DNA from: a virus | Virus record (IMG/VR): IMGVR_UViG_3300028601_000033 | Location: 3,219 to 67,218 of that record | Direction: 5' to 3' (one strand) | Length of the DNA: 64,000 nucleotides | Shown here: positions 35,272-46,016 of the stretch, piece after piece | Numbering within the stretch: position 1 is the stretch's first letter | Layout: each line of letters starts with the position of its first letter | Notes under the pieces: generated by a model | The model's database searches: none | What the model was told of the DNA's origin: nothing | Seen by the model: only the letters and a program-made list of their open reading frames with translations | Made by a program: the position numbers and the translations under genes

Positions 35272-38200
35272 TGGGCTCAGTAGTTGGTTTTGTAATTCAG
35301 ATGATAATTGTGGCTGCATCAGTTGCCTATCAAATACAACAGGCTAGAAAGGCAAAGAAAAAGGCTGAAGAAGCCGCTGATGCTCGCAAGGGTTATGAAA
35401 TACCAATTGAAGGTGAACCGAGTAATTTACCATTAGTATATGGTAGAGCAAAAATCGGTGGTGTACGTGTATTTCATAATTCTAAAAATAAATTCAAATA
35501 CACTGAATCAAATGCAGATAAAGTTCTACAAGCAGGTCCACATGAGAGACAATCTGGAACTTTTACTACATTTGAATGGGACTATGACAGTGCGACATAT
35601 GACTCTCTTGGTGTAAGGCGTCCGACAATTAAAACTGTCGAGCATGTATACTCAGGGAGTGATGGAGGTCTTTTAAGTCGAGATCTTGGGGGTAAACGAC
35701 ATTCTTTCCTTTTTGTACAGCAAGCACTATGTCAAGGCCCTATCCATAACTGTTATGATGTAGTTATTGATGAATCAAGATCATTAAAAGATGATGATAT
35801 TGGAACATATGAGGATAATTTTCGACACCCAAAAGCAGCATTTCGAATTGATATCCATAATAATGGTGGTGTGGCTGATGCAATAGCTGCTATTAACTTT
35901 ACTGAAAGAGGTAAGGCCACCTTTGATGATATGGCATACGCCTCGATGGTCGTACGGTTAGATCGTGATGACCCTCAATTCAATGCAGTCCCAGATGTTC
36001 AATTTTTAATTGAGGGTAAACTTGTAAGAACAGTTACAGGTGGTATTCTTAGCACAGAGTTTGCGTACTCAAATAATCCTGCATGGTGTCTCTTAGATTA
36101 CTTGATGGATAATATCTCAGGTAAGGGAGTACCTGTCTCAGAGCTTGATTTAGCATCATTCGAAGCTGCTGCAGCAGTCTGTGACACAATCGTACAGGAA
36201 AATGCAGCGGTAGGTGGATGGTTCTATCAACCTTTCGACGGTACCAGGTTTATAACCCAACGAAATATTCCTCTATATGAATGTAACTTGATCGTAGATA
36301 CAGCTAAACCTATCCGTGAGAATGTTGAAGCTATTCTTGCAACAATGGGTGATGCGCGTCTTGTATGGTCCAGTGGTAAGTACAAATTATCGCTTCAGTA
36401 TCCTTCTTCAAATGAGGTCATTGAAAATATAATTGAGCTTACGGATGATGATCTTTGTCTAGATCAAGATATTGAGATATCCTGGCCAAGTGCTAGTGAT
36501 CGTCTTAATTTTTGTACAATTAAATATCACAACGAATGTGAGGAATTCAAAGAAGACTCCGTCTCTTGGCCTCCGAAGTATAATAAAACATACTTCGAGG
36601 GCGTAGGTGGCTCATACTATCGACTTCAGACTGGTTCCTGGGGTGATACTGTTCTTGGTCAATTTAAAGAGTCATTCGGAGTTTGGGATGGTGACAATGA
36701 TGCAACTCTTTCGTACCAATTTGTAGTACCAAAGGAAAATGTAGGTACCTGTGTATTGGAATATGGTGGTGATATTACTAGTATCACTATTACTGATGTA
36801 GATGCGCAGGAAAAAGTAACCAAGAATAATGTTACCAATTATAGTAGTGCTCCGACTACTGCAGAAGTAAATCTTGGTGATGTAGTTACTGATAAAGTCT
36901 ATCAAATTGACATAGTAATCCATAATGTAAAGACTGATCCAGAAAAGAAATGTGCAGCCGCTGCAATTAGTCAAGGTGGCATGTATATCTGGACCACTCG
37001 TGAACCTAATTATGATAGCTTTATTGTCAAGAATCTTGATGACACTGTCTACTCTGCAATGCTCGAAGAAGATAGCTACATTGAGATGGAGACTGAGATA
37101 TTTGCAGAAGGTATCACAGACTACTATCACGCATTGGCTAAGGCAGAAGAGACTGTACGAACGAGTCGGTCTGCTTTTACGATTAAATTTAAGTATGTCT
37201 TACGTGATAAATACTTAGAACCTGGTGATTTTATCAAACTGGTAAGTTCACGTATCGGAATCGGTTCACCTGAAAACCCACTCTATATTAAAGTAAATAG
37301 TGTAAAAGCTGATGAAGATAAAACTTGTGAAGTAAAAGGTGAGAGATTCGATTATACGCAGTTAGCATGGAACATTGCTGATGATGAGTATATTCGTCCT
37401 AGAAGTTTGTATCAATCTTTTATTTCACGCCCTCAAAATCTTGTATATTCTACTGATTCAATAAATATCTATAACTCATCTGGTAAACTTACTTGGGATC
37501 CAGTTAGCGATGAAACCATTGCAGGATATATTATATATGCGCATCTTGCAGGTGATCCTCGTGAAACAGATACGAATCTCCCATTGTTTACCGAGATAGG
37601 TCGAACTACTGAACCTTTCTTTATTTTACCTGCGCTAGAAGCACCATCTGCAATATTTGCTGTACAGGCTTATTCAGACTCCGGTGCTAAATCTAAGATG
37701 CAGTATACTAGTGAAACTACAGCAACACTTCTCCCTAACTTTTGGGACAGAAGTTTAGTATTGACTGTGGACACTAACCAATTTAAAGAAGTAACCCCTG
37801 GTAATATTACTCCTGAGACAATAACCGTAAATGCAATTTCAAATGGTTTTGTTTCACCTGAGATTACCTGGTATGTTGACGATGTATTGCAAGAAGGTGA
37901 AAATGGAACCTCATTGGTTCTGAGTAGTTTTACTGACACAACATTCAAGACAATTAAAGTTCAATATATTGAGAATACTATAGCTTATTCTGCAGCTGTA
38001 GATATTTTCTATTCATCCATTCCATACATGAATGTTGGTGTGGAAAATTTAAAAGTACAAAATTCAACAGGTGATGGTGTTACCTTTGTTGATCGTGATT
38101 GTATTCTTGAGTGGGATGAGCCCACAGGTATTTGGGAAAATCTTGACTGGCTTAAACACTACCTTGTTGAAGTATACGCAAAAGATGCTGAGAAAATTTC

Positions 38201-41200
38201 AGCTAACGTACTTTATTCAGAGACTGTGGGAAGGAATACAGTTTTTGAATTTACGTTTGCGAAGAATCTCAGTCTATCAAATGGTCCTATACGGGAGTTT
38301 GATATCTTAGTCCATTCAGTAGATACTGATGGAGATGTAGGTACAGGTGTTCAGATATCACCTGTAAATTATCAAGCGACTCAGGTAAGTGGGTTGGGTG
38401 CACATGTCTCATTTGGTACCGCTGAACTTTATTGGAACCCTGTATCTGAAGTGGCCTTGAAAGGCTATGAGGTACATGTTTCTCAGACTGCTGACTTCAC
38501 GCCTTCCTCAGAAACCCTTTATGCAACAGTAGGTAGTGATAGTAATACATTACCTATAAATGTAACTTCTGATGGTACCTATTACTTTAAAGTAGGTGCA
38601 TACGATGCATTAGGCAAAGACAGTATAAGCTACTCAATTGCTTTTGAATTTACCATTGATACAACTTCATCTGCTACAAATGCTGTTGATTTTGCTAAAG
38701 GCTTCAGTAAGGCATACACAGTGCCTGTTTTGGAAGGCGAGGCTTTTTCAGTTGATGCTGGAACTCTTTCTTGGAATGAACATTCTATTTGGTATGAAGG
38801 TGTTGAATTTGTAATAGCAGCAGGCGCTACTACTGATGCCTACGTATATTGGAGTAAGGATACTTCTCCAAATACTTATCAGCACGTCGATGATAAGTCA
38901 GTCTTTGAGGGAATTCTAGACCCTGTAAATCATGTGTGGCAAATTGCTACAAACTGGGGTACTAGCTTTGAATTAGCTTGGAATGCCCAAGCAAATGCTG
39001 CTATAGGTACAGCTGTAATCGGTAAAGCTTCTGTCGAAAATGAAAATATCGGTAATCTTATCCAAAGTAATAATTTTAGTCTTGTTGCAGGAGAATCTTG
39101 TACAGGATGGAGAATTACAAAGGATGGTAAAATAATCGGTACCGATATTGAGATATATGCACCTGACGGAACATTGCTTATTGATGGTGCATTTAATCTA
39201 GATGCATCTGCACCTTTTTGGTCTAATATCCAAGATGATGGAAACAAACCAGATGATAAGGCAGATGTCACCTCAGAGAACATTTCAGCAGATACAGCCA
39301 GGGTTGCCGGAGTTGTTTCTTCGACTCTTGTAGCCGACACCACAGAGATAATCTCACGTGTAGATCAAATGGCAGATGATGGTGTAATTACATCACTAGA
39401 TAAAGCATCTTTGAGGGCTCAGTGGGAGACTGTTTCATCTGAATACTCTGATATCATTAATTATGCTATCTTGAATGGTGTAACAGCTGAAGAATCTGTA
39501 TATCAAGATTTTAACTTAGCTTATTTAAAGTTACAATCATACCTTATTTCTATTGGTGTATGGTCTGATCCTGATACTGCCTATGTGCTCACAGACGATA
39601 CTTTTGATACTTTAACAAATGCATACACAGTTGCTCTTGAAAACATTATTAATGCCTCCGCTGAAGAAATAGCGGCACAGATTCAAGAGGCACGTGATGC
39701 ATACTCTGAAGCCCAAGCATTACTTGCTGAAACTACCGCTAAAGCGTATGCGGATGGTATAGTTACAACGGCTGAACAATCCGCTATAACAACAGCGCAA
39801 GCTTATGCAGATGCTGCTGATGTGGCCCTTCAGACAATTCTTCAAGCATACTCAGATGGTGTTGCAACAGATGCTGAGACAGCTGCCATAGCTGCAGCAG
39901 AAGCTTATGCGGATGCTAGAAAGATTGAAGCACTGGCATATGCAGATGGTGTAGCAGATGCTGCAGAGGTAGCCGCTATAGCTGCTGCAGAGGCTTATGC
40001 AGATCTCAAGAAAACTGAGGCTAATGCCTACGCAGATGGTATTGTTTCAGATGAAGAAGCCAGGGCAATTGCAGATGCTCAAGCAAAGGCAGATGCCGCC
40101 GAAGCAGCGGCAAAAGCCTATGTAGATGCTAATTTTGTAGATGCCACTACATATGGTACTGATATTGCTCAAATTCAATCACAAATAGATGGCAGTATTA
40201 CAACTTGGTTTTATGATGGTCTTCCTACATTGGTTAATCTTCCGGCTAGTAATTGGACTACAACTGAGCTAAAAGATCAACATCTTGGTGATTTGTATTA
40301 TGATACTTTGAACGGTCATGCTTATCGCTTTAAAGTCGTTGATTCAATATATAGTTGGGGTATTATTACAGACTCCGACATCGCTACTGCTTTAGCTACT
40401 GCTCAAAGTGCACAAGATGTGGCTGACTCTAAGAGACGTGTTTTTGTGGCTACACCTATCACTCCGTATGATGTAGGAGACCTTTGGGATACTGGTACAG
40501 ATATTAAACGGTGTACCGTCGCTAAAACCTCGGTACAAGCTTATGAGGCTACTGATTGGTCTTCTATACAGACCGCTGATGCTACAACTAAAGCGGATAC
40601 CGCCGAATCTAATGCAAATTCCTATACAGAAGGTTGGAGTGAGCAAGGTGCAGATGTTACCGGTGCTAATATAGCTGCTTCTGTTGTTAATCAAGGTGCT
40701 TTGGCAACCGTGGATGAAATTAATGAATCAAATTTCGCTACTTATATTAAGTATCTTAATGCAGATGCTATTGCGGTAGGTACTCTTGGTACAGATGTAA
40801 GATCTGAGACAGGTACACCTGGCACATATAGTTTACTATCGCAAGGCGATTTAGTGTTCTATAAGAATTACGAAGCATATAAGTACCTTAAACAAATACT
40901 GACAGGTCAAGCTACAAGCAATAATGAGGTTACTCTTCAAAATCTTGATAGGATTCCAAAAGTACTAGTGTCTTTAAGTAGCTTACGAGCCTATGATGCA
41001 AACTATGCTAATCAAAATCAACGATGGGAAGTATATCATGAGGGTGTTATTGACAATGGGGATGGAACTTACTCATTCACACCTAAATGTATGCTTACAT
41101 TAGATAGTGGTGCTGCTACTTCGCCTTTATCAGATTATTATCAGGGTGCTTCAAACTATACCACAGGTGTAAATACAACCCCTGCAAATACTACGAAGAT

Positions 41201-42047
41201 TTCTATAAATGGTTCAATAAATAGTATTCGTGGTACCGGTACTGTCCCTAATTATTACTATAGAAAAGCTACAGTTACGCTTTATTATAGACCGGATGGT
41301 TCTTCAGATCCATATGATTCGGTTTCTACTGTAATTACAAACGGTAATGATTTGACAGTCGATACCTTGTTTATTGAAACAGGGACTCTTACTAGTGATA
41401 CCTATGACTATTATTTAAGTATAGTATGGGCTGATGCCGGTGGTACTTTTGAAGCTGGCGGTACGTCTTATGAGGAAGGGCCGACGGTAGAAAGATCTAA
41501 TTTGTCACTATTTGCGGAAGCTTATGCAAATGCTTACTCCTCAAGTACTGTTCAAGTGAATGCTTCTGATGAAGAGTTCATGACACTAGCATCCTATACT
41601 CCAGCTTCACCTTATGAGATATATCGTGTTGTATATAGCTTCGAATTAGCCTGGAAACTGTATTGCTTTCACTATCAATCTACAGCCAAGGTATCTCTAC
41701 CTACAGGTACTCAGTTAGATTACCTCTCAGCATCTGGTACGGATGAAAATGAGTCATATAATGATAATGCATCGACCTATCCTGACTATCGGTCTCATTC
41801 TTTTGAGAAGACAAGCTATTTAACCTCTATCGGTTATAAAGCTGAAGCTTCTGCAAAATTCTCAAATGTAAGTAGCCAAGCTAAGATCAGAGCACGAAAT
41901 TTGTATGCCACTATTTACACTCGTAAGCTTGCCTCTAATAATAGTACTGCTGTGAATACAGTAAACTTGGCAAATGCTTCTTTTGTATTGTCAAGTGCGC
42001 AGGTACTAGACAATGCGGGGGTAGTTAACTGGATTGCAATAGCATAA
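35271..42047 (+). CDS. central tail fibre / tip attachment protein (gpJ-like) with FN3-like and coiled-coil segments
   Basis: LPLVYGR, SNNPAWCLLDYL, LEPGD.I motifs; FN3-like W...GY...Y.F.V.A repeats; AYAD repeats. Confidence 0.85.
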   Translation: MGSVVGFVIQMIIVAASVAYQIQQARKAKKKAEEAADARKGYEIPIEGEPSNLPLVYGRAKIGGVRVFHNSKNKFKYTESNADKVLQAGPHERQSGTFTTFEWDYDSATYDSLGVRRPTIKTVEHVYSGSDGGLLSRDLGGKRHSFLFVQQALCQGPIHNCYDVVIDESRSLKDDDIGTYEDNFRHPKAAFRIDIHNNGGVADAIAAINFTERGKATFDDMAYASMVVRLDRDDPQFNAVPDVQFLIEGKLVRTVTGGILSTEFAYSNNPAWCLLDYLMDNISGKGVPVSELDLASFEAAAAVCDTIVQENAAVGGWFYQPFDGTRFITQRNIPLYECNLIVDTAKPIRENVEAILATMGDARLVWSSGKYKLSLQYPSSNEVIENIIELTDDDLCLDQDIEISWPSASDRLNFCTIKYHNECEEFKEDSVSWPPKYNKTYFEGVGGSYYRLQTGSWGDTVLGQFKESFGVWDGDNDATLSYQFVVPKENVGTCVLEYGGDITSITITDVDAQEKVTKNNVTNYSSAPTTAEVNLGDVVTDKVYQIDIVIHNVKTDPEKKCAAAAISQGGMYIWTTREPNYDSFIVKNLDDTVYSAMLEEDSYIEMETEIFAEGITDYYHALAKAEETVRTSRSAFTIKFKYVLRDKYLEPGDFIKLVSSRIGIGSPENPLYIKVNSVKADEDKTCEVKGERFDYTQLAWNIADDEYIRPRSLYQSFISRPQNLVYSTDSINIYNSSGKLTWDPVSDETIAGYIIYAHLAGDPRETDTNLPLFTEIGRTTEPFFILPALEAPSAIFAVQAYSDSGAKSKMQYTSETTATLLPNFWDRSLVLTVDTNQFKEVTPGNITPETITVNAISNGFVSPEITWYVDDVLQEGENGTSLVLSSFTDTTFKTIKVQYIENTIAYSAAVDIFYSSIPYMNVGVENLKVQNSTGDGVTFVDRDCILEWDEPTGIWENLDWLKHYLVEVYAKDAEKISANVLYSETVGRNTVFEFTFAKNLSLSNGPIREFDILVHSVDTDGDVGTGVQISPVNYQATQVSGLGAHVSFGTAELYWNPVSEVALKGYEVHVSQTADFTPSSETLYATVGSDSNTLPINVTSDGTYYFKVGAYDALGKDSISYSIAFEFTIDTTSSATNAVDFAKGFSKAYTVPVLEGEAFSVDAGTLSWNEHSIWYEGVEFVIAAGATTDAYVYWSKDTSPNTYQHVDDKSVFEGILDPVNHVWQIATNWGTSFELAWNAQANAAIGTAVIGKASVENENIGNLIQSNNFSLVAGESCTGWRITKDGKIIGTDIEIYAPDGTLLIDGAFNLDASAPFWSNIQDDGNKPDDKADVTSENISADTARVAGVVSSTLVADTTEIISRVDQMADDGVITSLDKASLRAQWETVSSEYSDIINYAILNGVTAEESVYQDFNLAYLKLQSYLISIGVWSDPDTAYVLTDDTFDTLTNAYTVALENIINASAEEIAAQIQEARDAYSEAQALLAETTAKAYADGIVTTAEQSAITTAQAYADAADVALQTILQAYSDGVATDAETAAIAAAEAYADARKIEALAYADGVADAAEVAAIAAAEAYADLKKTEANAYADGIVSDEEARAIADAQAKADAAEAAAKAYVDANFVDATTYGTDIAQIQSQIDGSITTWFYDGLPTLVNLPASNWTTTELKDQHLGDLYYDTLNGHAYRFKVVDSIYSWGIITDSDIATALATAQSAQDVADSKRRVFVATPITPYDVGDLWDTGTDIKRCTVAKTSVQAYEATDWSSIQTADATTKADTAESNANSYTEGWSEQGADVTGANIAASVVNQGALATVDEINESNFATYIKYLNADAIAVGTLGTDVRSETGTPGTYSLLSQGDLVFYKNYEAYKYLKQILTGQATSNNEVTLQNLDRIPKVLVSLSSLRAYDANYANQNQRWEVYHEGVIDNGDGTYSFTPKCMLTLDSGAATSPLSDYYQGASNYTTGVNTTPANTTKISINGSINSIRGTGTVPNYYYRKATVTLYYRPDGSSDPYDSVSTVITNGNDLTVDTLFIETGTLTSDTYDYYLSIVWADAGGTFEAGGTSYEEGPTVERSNLSLFAEAYANAYSSSTVQVNASDEEFMTLASYTPASPYEIYRVVYSFELAWKLYCFHYQSTAKVSLPTGTQLDYLSASGTDENESYNDNASTYPDYRSHSFEKTSYLTSIGYKAEASAKFSNVSSQAKIRARNLYATIYTRKLASNNSTAVNTVNLANASFVLSSAQVLDNAGVVNWIAIA
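39740..40130 (+). repeat. Ala-rich AYAD coding repeats
   Basis: A(Y/K)AD recurring at alternating 18- and 11-residue spacing. Confidence 0.7.
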
Positions 42048-42055
42048 GGGTAAAT

Positions 42056-42514
42056 ATGTTTATAATTCGAAAAATACGTAATAATCAAGAGCTTCGTAAA
42101 TGTCTTGAAATTTCTCATTCTAATTTCGACATGTATGCCCCTGAAGGATTTATTGTAGATAATATTAAATGTGCAAATAATATAATGACCCTGTCAAGAC
42201 GTGTTAAATATTTTCGTGTCTTGGAATATAAAGGTGAAATATGCGCATGGATCCTGGCTGATATTACAGAGCCGATGCCTTATAGCTCTACTCGAGCTCT
42301 TGGTCAGATTCTATATCACAGTGGATTAAAAGGGATTGTCGCCGTTAAAGCCTTAGTCGCTATCCATGAAGATATGTATCAGTTTGCTAAGCGTCATAAA
42401 ATTCCTGTAGTGACAACCTCTAGTGTATTGCCTAATCGGGATTTATTTGAACGTATTCTCCTTAAAGAAGGCTGGAAATCTAACCCCTATTTCATTTATC
42501 GACTCACGAATTGA
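42056..42514 (+). CDS. GNAT-fold-like protein
   Basis: V.EYKGEI.AWI...A.R......RIL.K.GW pattern of phage GNAT-like proteins. Confidence 0.45.
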   Translation: MFIIRKIRNNQELRKCLEISHSNFDMYAPEGFIVDNIKCANNIMTLSRRVKYFRVLEYKGEICAWILADITEPMPYSSTRALGQILYHSGLKGIVAVKALVAIHEDMYQFAKRHKIPVVTTSSVLPNRDLFERILLKEGWKSNPYFIYRLTN

Positions 42515-42555
42515 GCAACTTCAACCGCCAGAAATGGCGAAATTTGAGCCGTGTT

Positions 42556-42584
42556 GGGTGGTGGTGGAGCGTTCACCACCACCC
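42556..42584. repeat. GC-rich hairpin after the tail module
   Basis: GGGTGGTGGTGGA-GCG-TTCACCACCACCC. Confidence 0.6.
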
Positions 42585-42691
42585 GCAAGGTATCACCCAC
42601 GGTCTCAGGGGTGGCAGTTCTCAGGGCGAATTTAACTCCTGTATTTCCTTATTGGAGATGATACTATCAGAATCCTTTGAATTTCAACGCG

Positions 42692-42725
42692 GAACCCGTT
42701 AAATTAACCCTAGAGCTGTCCCCCC
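42692..42725 (+). promoter_or_regulatory. conserved phage motif copy 3 upstream of lysis genes
   Basis: GAACCCGTTAAATTAACC+CTAGAGCTGTCCCCC, near-identical to 4608-4640. Confidence 0.75.
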
Positions 42726-42806
42726 TATTATCCCTTTAATACTAAGGTATAGTTAGTAAATAGTAAGTAAATAATAAGTAAATATATCAATAATAGGAGT
42801 ATAAAA

Positions 42807-43349
42807 ATGTTACCTGCACTTTTAATGCCTTTAATGGCTAAAGGCTTAGACTTGATCGGAAATGCTGTCTTAGCTAAGGGTAAAGATTGGGTGAAAAATA
42901 AGACAGGTGTAGACTTGGATAAAGAACGCCTCTCGGATGAGGATTATCTTAAACTCAAACAATATGAGATGGAACATGAAGAAGAGCTTATTCGCCTTAG
43001 ACAGGAAGATGATCGACTTGTTAAAGCTGTTCAAGAGATGTATCTCCAAGATACACAATCAGCTAGGAACATGCAAAACGAAGCACTTAACCAGGAGGAC
43101 AAATTCTCTAAGCGTTTCGTTTACCTGTTTGCTTGTGTGTGGTCTCTTGCTGCTATTTTCTATATGGCATCTATTACGTTTTGTACTATTCCTGATGCTA
43201 ACATTCGGTTTGCTGATACTATTCTCGGTTTCCTTCTTGGCACTATTGTGTCACAAATTATTGCGTTCTTTTATGGGTCTAGTAAGTCGTCCCAAAGTAA
43301 AGATGAAATAAAAGATCATATACTACGTAATTTAACGAAAGGCAGCTAA
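42807..43349 (+). CDS. holin-like membrane protein
   Basis: D.QSAR.MQ, two C-terminal TM helices, FFYGSS motif; next to endolysin. Confidence 0.7.
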   Translation: MLPALLMPLMAKGLDLIGNAVLAKGKDWVKNKTGVDLDKERLSDEDYLKLKQYEMEHEEELIRLRQEDDRLVKAVQEMYLQDTQSARNMQNEALNQEDKFSKRFVYLFACVWSLAAIFYMASITFCTIPDANIRFADTILGFLLGTIVSQIIAFFYGSSKSSQSKDEIKDHILRNLTKGS

Positions 43350-43350
43350 C

Positions 43351-43677
43351 ATGACTCTCGGACAACATCAGGAAGCTTTTGCAAAAGATTTAGTGGAACT
43401 TTTGCTTTATGCCTATAAACTAGGGTATAAGGTTAGAATAGGCGAAGTTCAACGTACTGTGGAACAGCAAAAGATCTACGTGAAAACAGGCAGATCTACT
43501 ACTATGAATAGTATGCATATTCATAAGTGTGCCGCTGACCTTCATTTCACGAAAGATGGTATCCTCTGTTACCCTGAAGAACTAGGTGTATATTGGGAAG
43601 CTCTTGATCAATTGAACTCCTGGGGTGGTCATTGGCGCTCCTTCAAAGATAAACCTCATTTTCAACGTAAAGTATAA
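43351..43677 (+). CDS. endolysin, M15-family peptidase
   Basis: RT.EQQ, SMH....AADL, WGG.W..F.DKPHFQ. Confidence 0.85.
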   Translation: MTLGQHQEAFAKDLVELLLYAYKLGYKVRIGEVQRTVEQQKIYVKTGRSTTMNSMHIHKCAADLHFTKDGILCYPEELGVYWEALDQLNSWGGHWRSFKDKPHFQRKV

Positions 43678-43682
43678 CCAAA

Positions 43683-43702
43683 AGTCCCTCTTCGGAGGGA
43701 CT
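43683..43702 (+). terminator. hairpin with UUCG loop ending the lysis module
   Basis: AGTCCCTC-TTCG-GAGGGACT flanked by A-runs. Confidence 0.65.
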
Positions 43703-43772
43703 AAAAAATGCGGAAAATATGGTATCTTATATGGAAGCAAGAAAATAACCAACCCACACATTGGAGGTAATT

Positions 43773-43955
43773 ATGTTTTCCTGTACTGGTACCGTTAAAA
43801 ATGGTGTTGTTATTGCTGATGGTTTTGTTGATAAGGTTGTTTTGTATCCTTCTAACTTTTCTCAACGTCGGTCCTTAGAAGAACTTCCTGATGGTACCGT
43901 CGTACATGTCCAAGCTGATTCGAAGTACAATATAATTGACTTTGATGAAGCTTAG
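43773..43955 (+). CDS. small early-region protein
   Basis: GGAGG RBS before ATG 43773; high-expression codons. Confidence 0.6.
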   Translation: MFSCTGTVKNGVVIADGFVDKVVLYPSNFSQRRSLEELPDGTVVHVQADSKYNIIDFDEA

Positions 43956-43971
43956 TAAGTTTAATTAACAG

Positions 43972-43998
43972 GGGAGGTTTCGGCCTCCCTCTAATTTT
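43972..43998 (+). terminator. hairpin with UUCG loop
   Basis: GGGAGGT-TTCG-GCCTCCC followed by TCTAATTTT. Confidence 0.55.
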
Positions 43999-44121
43999 CG
44001 GAGATAATATGTTATCTAAGTTTAAACTATTAGATGAATTAAAATTATCACTTTTAAAACAAGACATTGATGCTACATTTCAGACTTTATCAAAAATTCA
44101 AACATTAACAGGAGCTCTCTC

Positions 44122-44334
44122 ATGACAACGACGACACGATCAAGAATGATTATGGGTACTTTAGGTGTAATTATCGTATTTCTTTTTGTATCTTTAATCT
44201 CTGTATCAAATTTATATTTTAAAAAAGTAGCTGAGTATAATAAACTAAAAACAATTACACAAGATGCAATGCTTACTGCACAAGAATGTGTTGATGCTTT
44301 ACAAACTTGTCATAGTAATAAATACTGGAGATAA
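44122..44334 (+). CDS. small single-TM protein
   Basis: AGGAG RBS; N-terminal hydrophobic helix. Confidence 0.55.
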   Translation: MTTTTRSRMIMGTLGVIIVFLFVSLISVSNLYFKKVAEYNKLKTITQDAMLTAQECVDALQTCHSNKYWR

Positions 44335-44336
44335 AT

Positions 44337-44606
44337 ATGAAAAACCAATATCGACTTCATGATAGTACTAAAAGAGTATTTTCTGATAGTATATTTACAG
44401 TGATAAAAGCTTTTAAAACGATACGTAAAGCCATTAAGCAAAATAATATTACAGCAGATGAATATAATATGATATTAAAAGAAATCGAGGAAATTCTTAC
44501 ATCTCTTAAGGATCTCAGTACGTGTCTTCCTCACAAGATTATTAGAAGTCCCAAACATAACTATATATCAAAGTTAATCCTTAATATCACTAACTTCTTT
44601 AACTGA
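44337..44606 (+). CDS. hypothetical protein
   Basis: GGAG RBS, 89 aa. Confidence 0.5.
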   Translation: MKNQYRLHDSTKRVFSDSIFTVIKAFKTIRKAIKQNNITADEYNMILKEIEEILTSLKDLSTCLPHKIIRSPKHNYISKLILNITNFFN

Positions 44607-44625
44607 TTAAATAAGGGAGGTTGTC

Positions 44626-45099
44626 TTGAAAGAATCACATGTTGTCCTTTATAGTGTCTTAATACTGATTTTAATCTTGGTAGGTACTGGTAGGAACTCT
44701 CAAAAAGATAAGGTGGAACTAGATAACAGGCAAATTAATCGTCTAACACGATATGATATGCTGTTTAAAGACATCTTACCTAAATGGGACATCGAAAAAC
44801 CGCTCTTTTATAAAGAAGTAGATATAACAGTGTACACAAGTCAAAAAGAAGAAACAGATGATACACCTTATATAACAGCAAATATGAGTAAGGTAAAACC
44901 TGGAGGTATGGCAGTCAGTCGAGATTTACTTGAAGTCCTAGGGGGTTATGGAAAGAGAGTTGTCGTAAAAGGCTATGGAATCTTTGTCATAAATGATACC
45001 ATGAATAAAAGATTTACTAACTCGATAGATATCTGGGGAGGGGACTTAAAGGCCGCTTTAAATCATGGTAGACAGAAGGGAACCATTATATGGCAATGA
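44626..45099 (+). CDS. membrane-anchored 3D (Asp-Asp-Asp) domain peptidoglycan hydrolase-like protein
   Basis: T.YT..ETDDTPYITA, AVSRDL, NDTM..RF...IDIW. Confidence 0.8.
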   Translation: MKESHVVLYSVLILILILVGTGRNSQKDKVELDNRQINRLTRYDMLFKDILPKWDIEKPLFYKEVDITVYTSQKEETDDTPYITANMSKVKPGGMAVSRDLLEVLGGYGKRVVVKGYGIFVINDTMNKRFTNSIDIWGGDLKAALNHGRQKGTIIWQ

Positions 45100-45278
45100 A
45101 TACTTTAGAAGACGAGCTCGAGAATTTAGTTACAGAATACCTCGAAAATGATGACTTCAATAGTGCCGGCTATACTTTTGGCTTAAGCCTCAAGGACAAG
45201 TGTCCTAATCTTACGATGGAACAATTTCAAGAATTCATAAATGGATTGAAAGAAGCCAAAGTATTTCCGGAGGATTGA
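45090..45278 (+). CDS. hypothetical protein
   Basis: Small ORF overlapping the upstream stop. Confidence 0.5.
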   Translation: MAMNTLEDELENLVTEYLENDDFNSAGYTFGLSLKDKCPNLTMEQFQEFINGLKEAKVFPED

Positions 45279-45444
45279 TGCATCACCCTTATTGTGATTG
45301 TGACGAATGTATGGAAAAATTTTATGAAGAAGTAAAGAGAAAGGAGGCAAATAAGGATGCAATAAAAGAACTAGATCGATTGCGTAAAATACTTGATGAA
45401 CACGGAATTTCATACTAACAATAAATCTTAAACAACGGCTTATA

Positions 45445-45696
45445 ATGGAGATTATTATGTTTGCAGAATTACTTAAAAGAAGTCTTATGGCGGGATTCAT
45501 CTTTGGCGTTATTGGTTTCATTATAGTAATTGCCACGGCGCCTTCTTTTTTAGGTGTATTATGGATCACAGCAGGTTCATTTATGGTAGTTGTAGGATGG
45601 GTTGCCATCGGTATTGTTCTTTCAATAATTCTTAACATCTCTAAAGGAAGATTCTTTAAGAAATCTCCTAATGTGGTTGAGTTGAATGAAGAATAA
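45445..45696 (+). CDS. two-TM membrane protein
   Basis: Two hydrophobic helices; similar layout to 45801-46016. Confidence 0.55.
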   Translation: MEIIMFAELLKRSLMAGFIFGVIGFIIVIATAPSFLGVLWITAGSFMVVVGWVAIGIVLSIILNISKGRFFKKSPNVVELNEE

Positions 45697-45800
45697 AACC
45701 CTCATGTGGCATCTGAAATATCTTCTTGTTCTGTTCGCAATTAGTTATACTGTATGATTGTGGACGCAGTTCTTTACGAAACGGAATGTAAAAGGAGATA

Positions 45801-46016
45801 ATGATATTTATGAATCACATCTTTAAGCTGGCCATTAGGCGTTCTTTTACTGCATTCTCGGTTATACTTTTGCTCGCTGTCTTAGGTGCTCCCCAACTGT
45901 TTGGGAGTATAATCTTAACTTCATCCATCATAGCAACTGTATTCTTTTACAGTCTTTTATCATCGGCTATAATTACAACATATACTTATTTTAAAGAAAA
46001 ACATAAATCAAATTAG
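45801..46016 (+). CDS. two-TM membrane protein
   Basis: AAGGAG RBS; two hydrophobic helices. Confidence 0.55.
   Translation: MIFMNHIFKLAIRRSFTAFSVILLLAVLGAPQLFGSIILTSSIIATVFFYSLLSSAIITTYTYFKEKHKSN

Noticed and set aside
42423-42702. Short ORFs over the GC hairpin after the tail genes
   Set aside because: Atypical composition and overlap with the hairpin and promoter motif; probably non-coding
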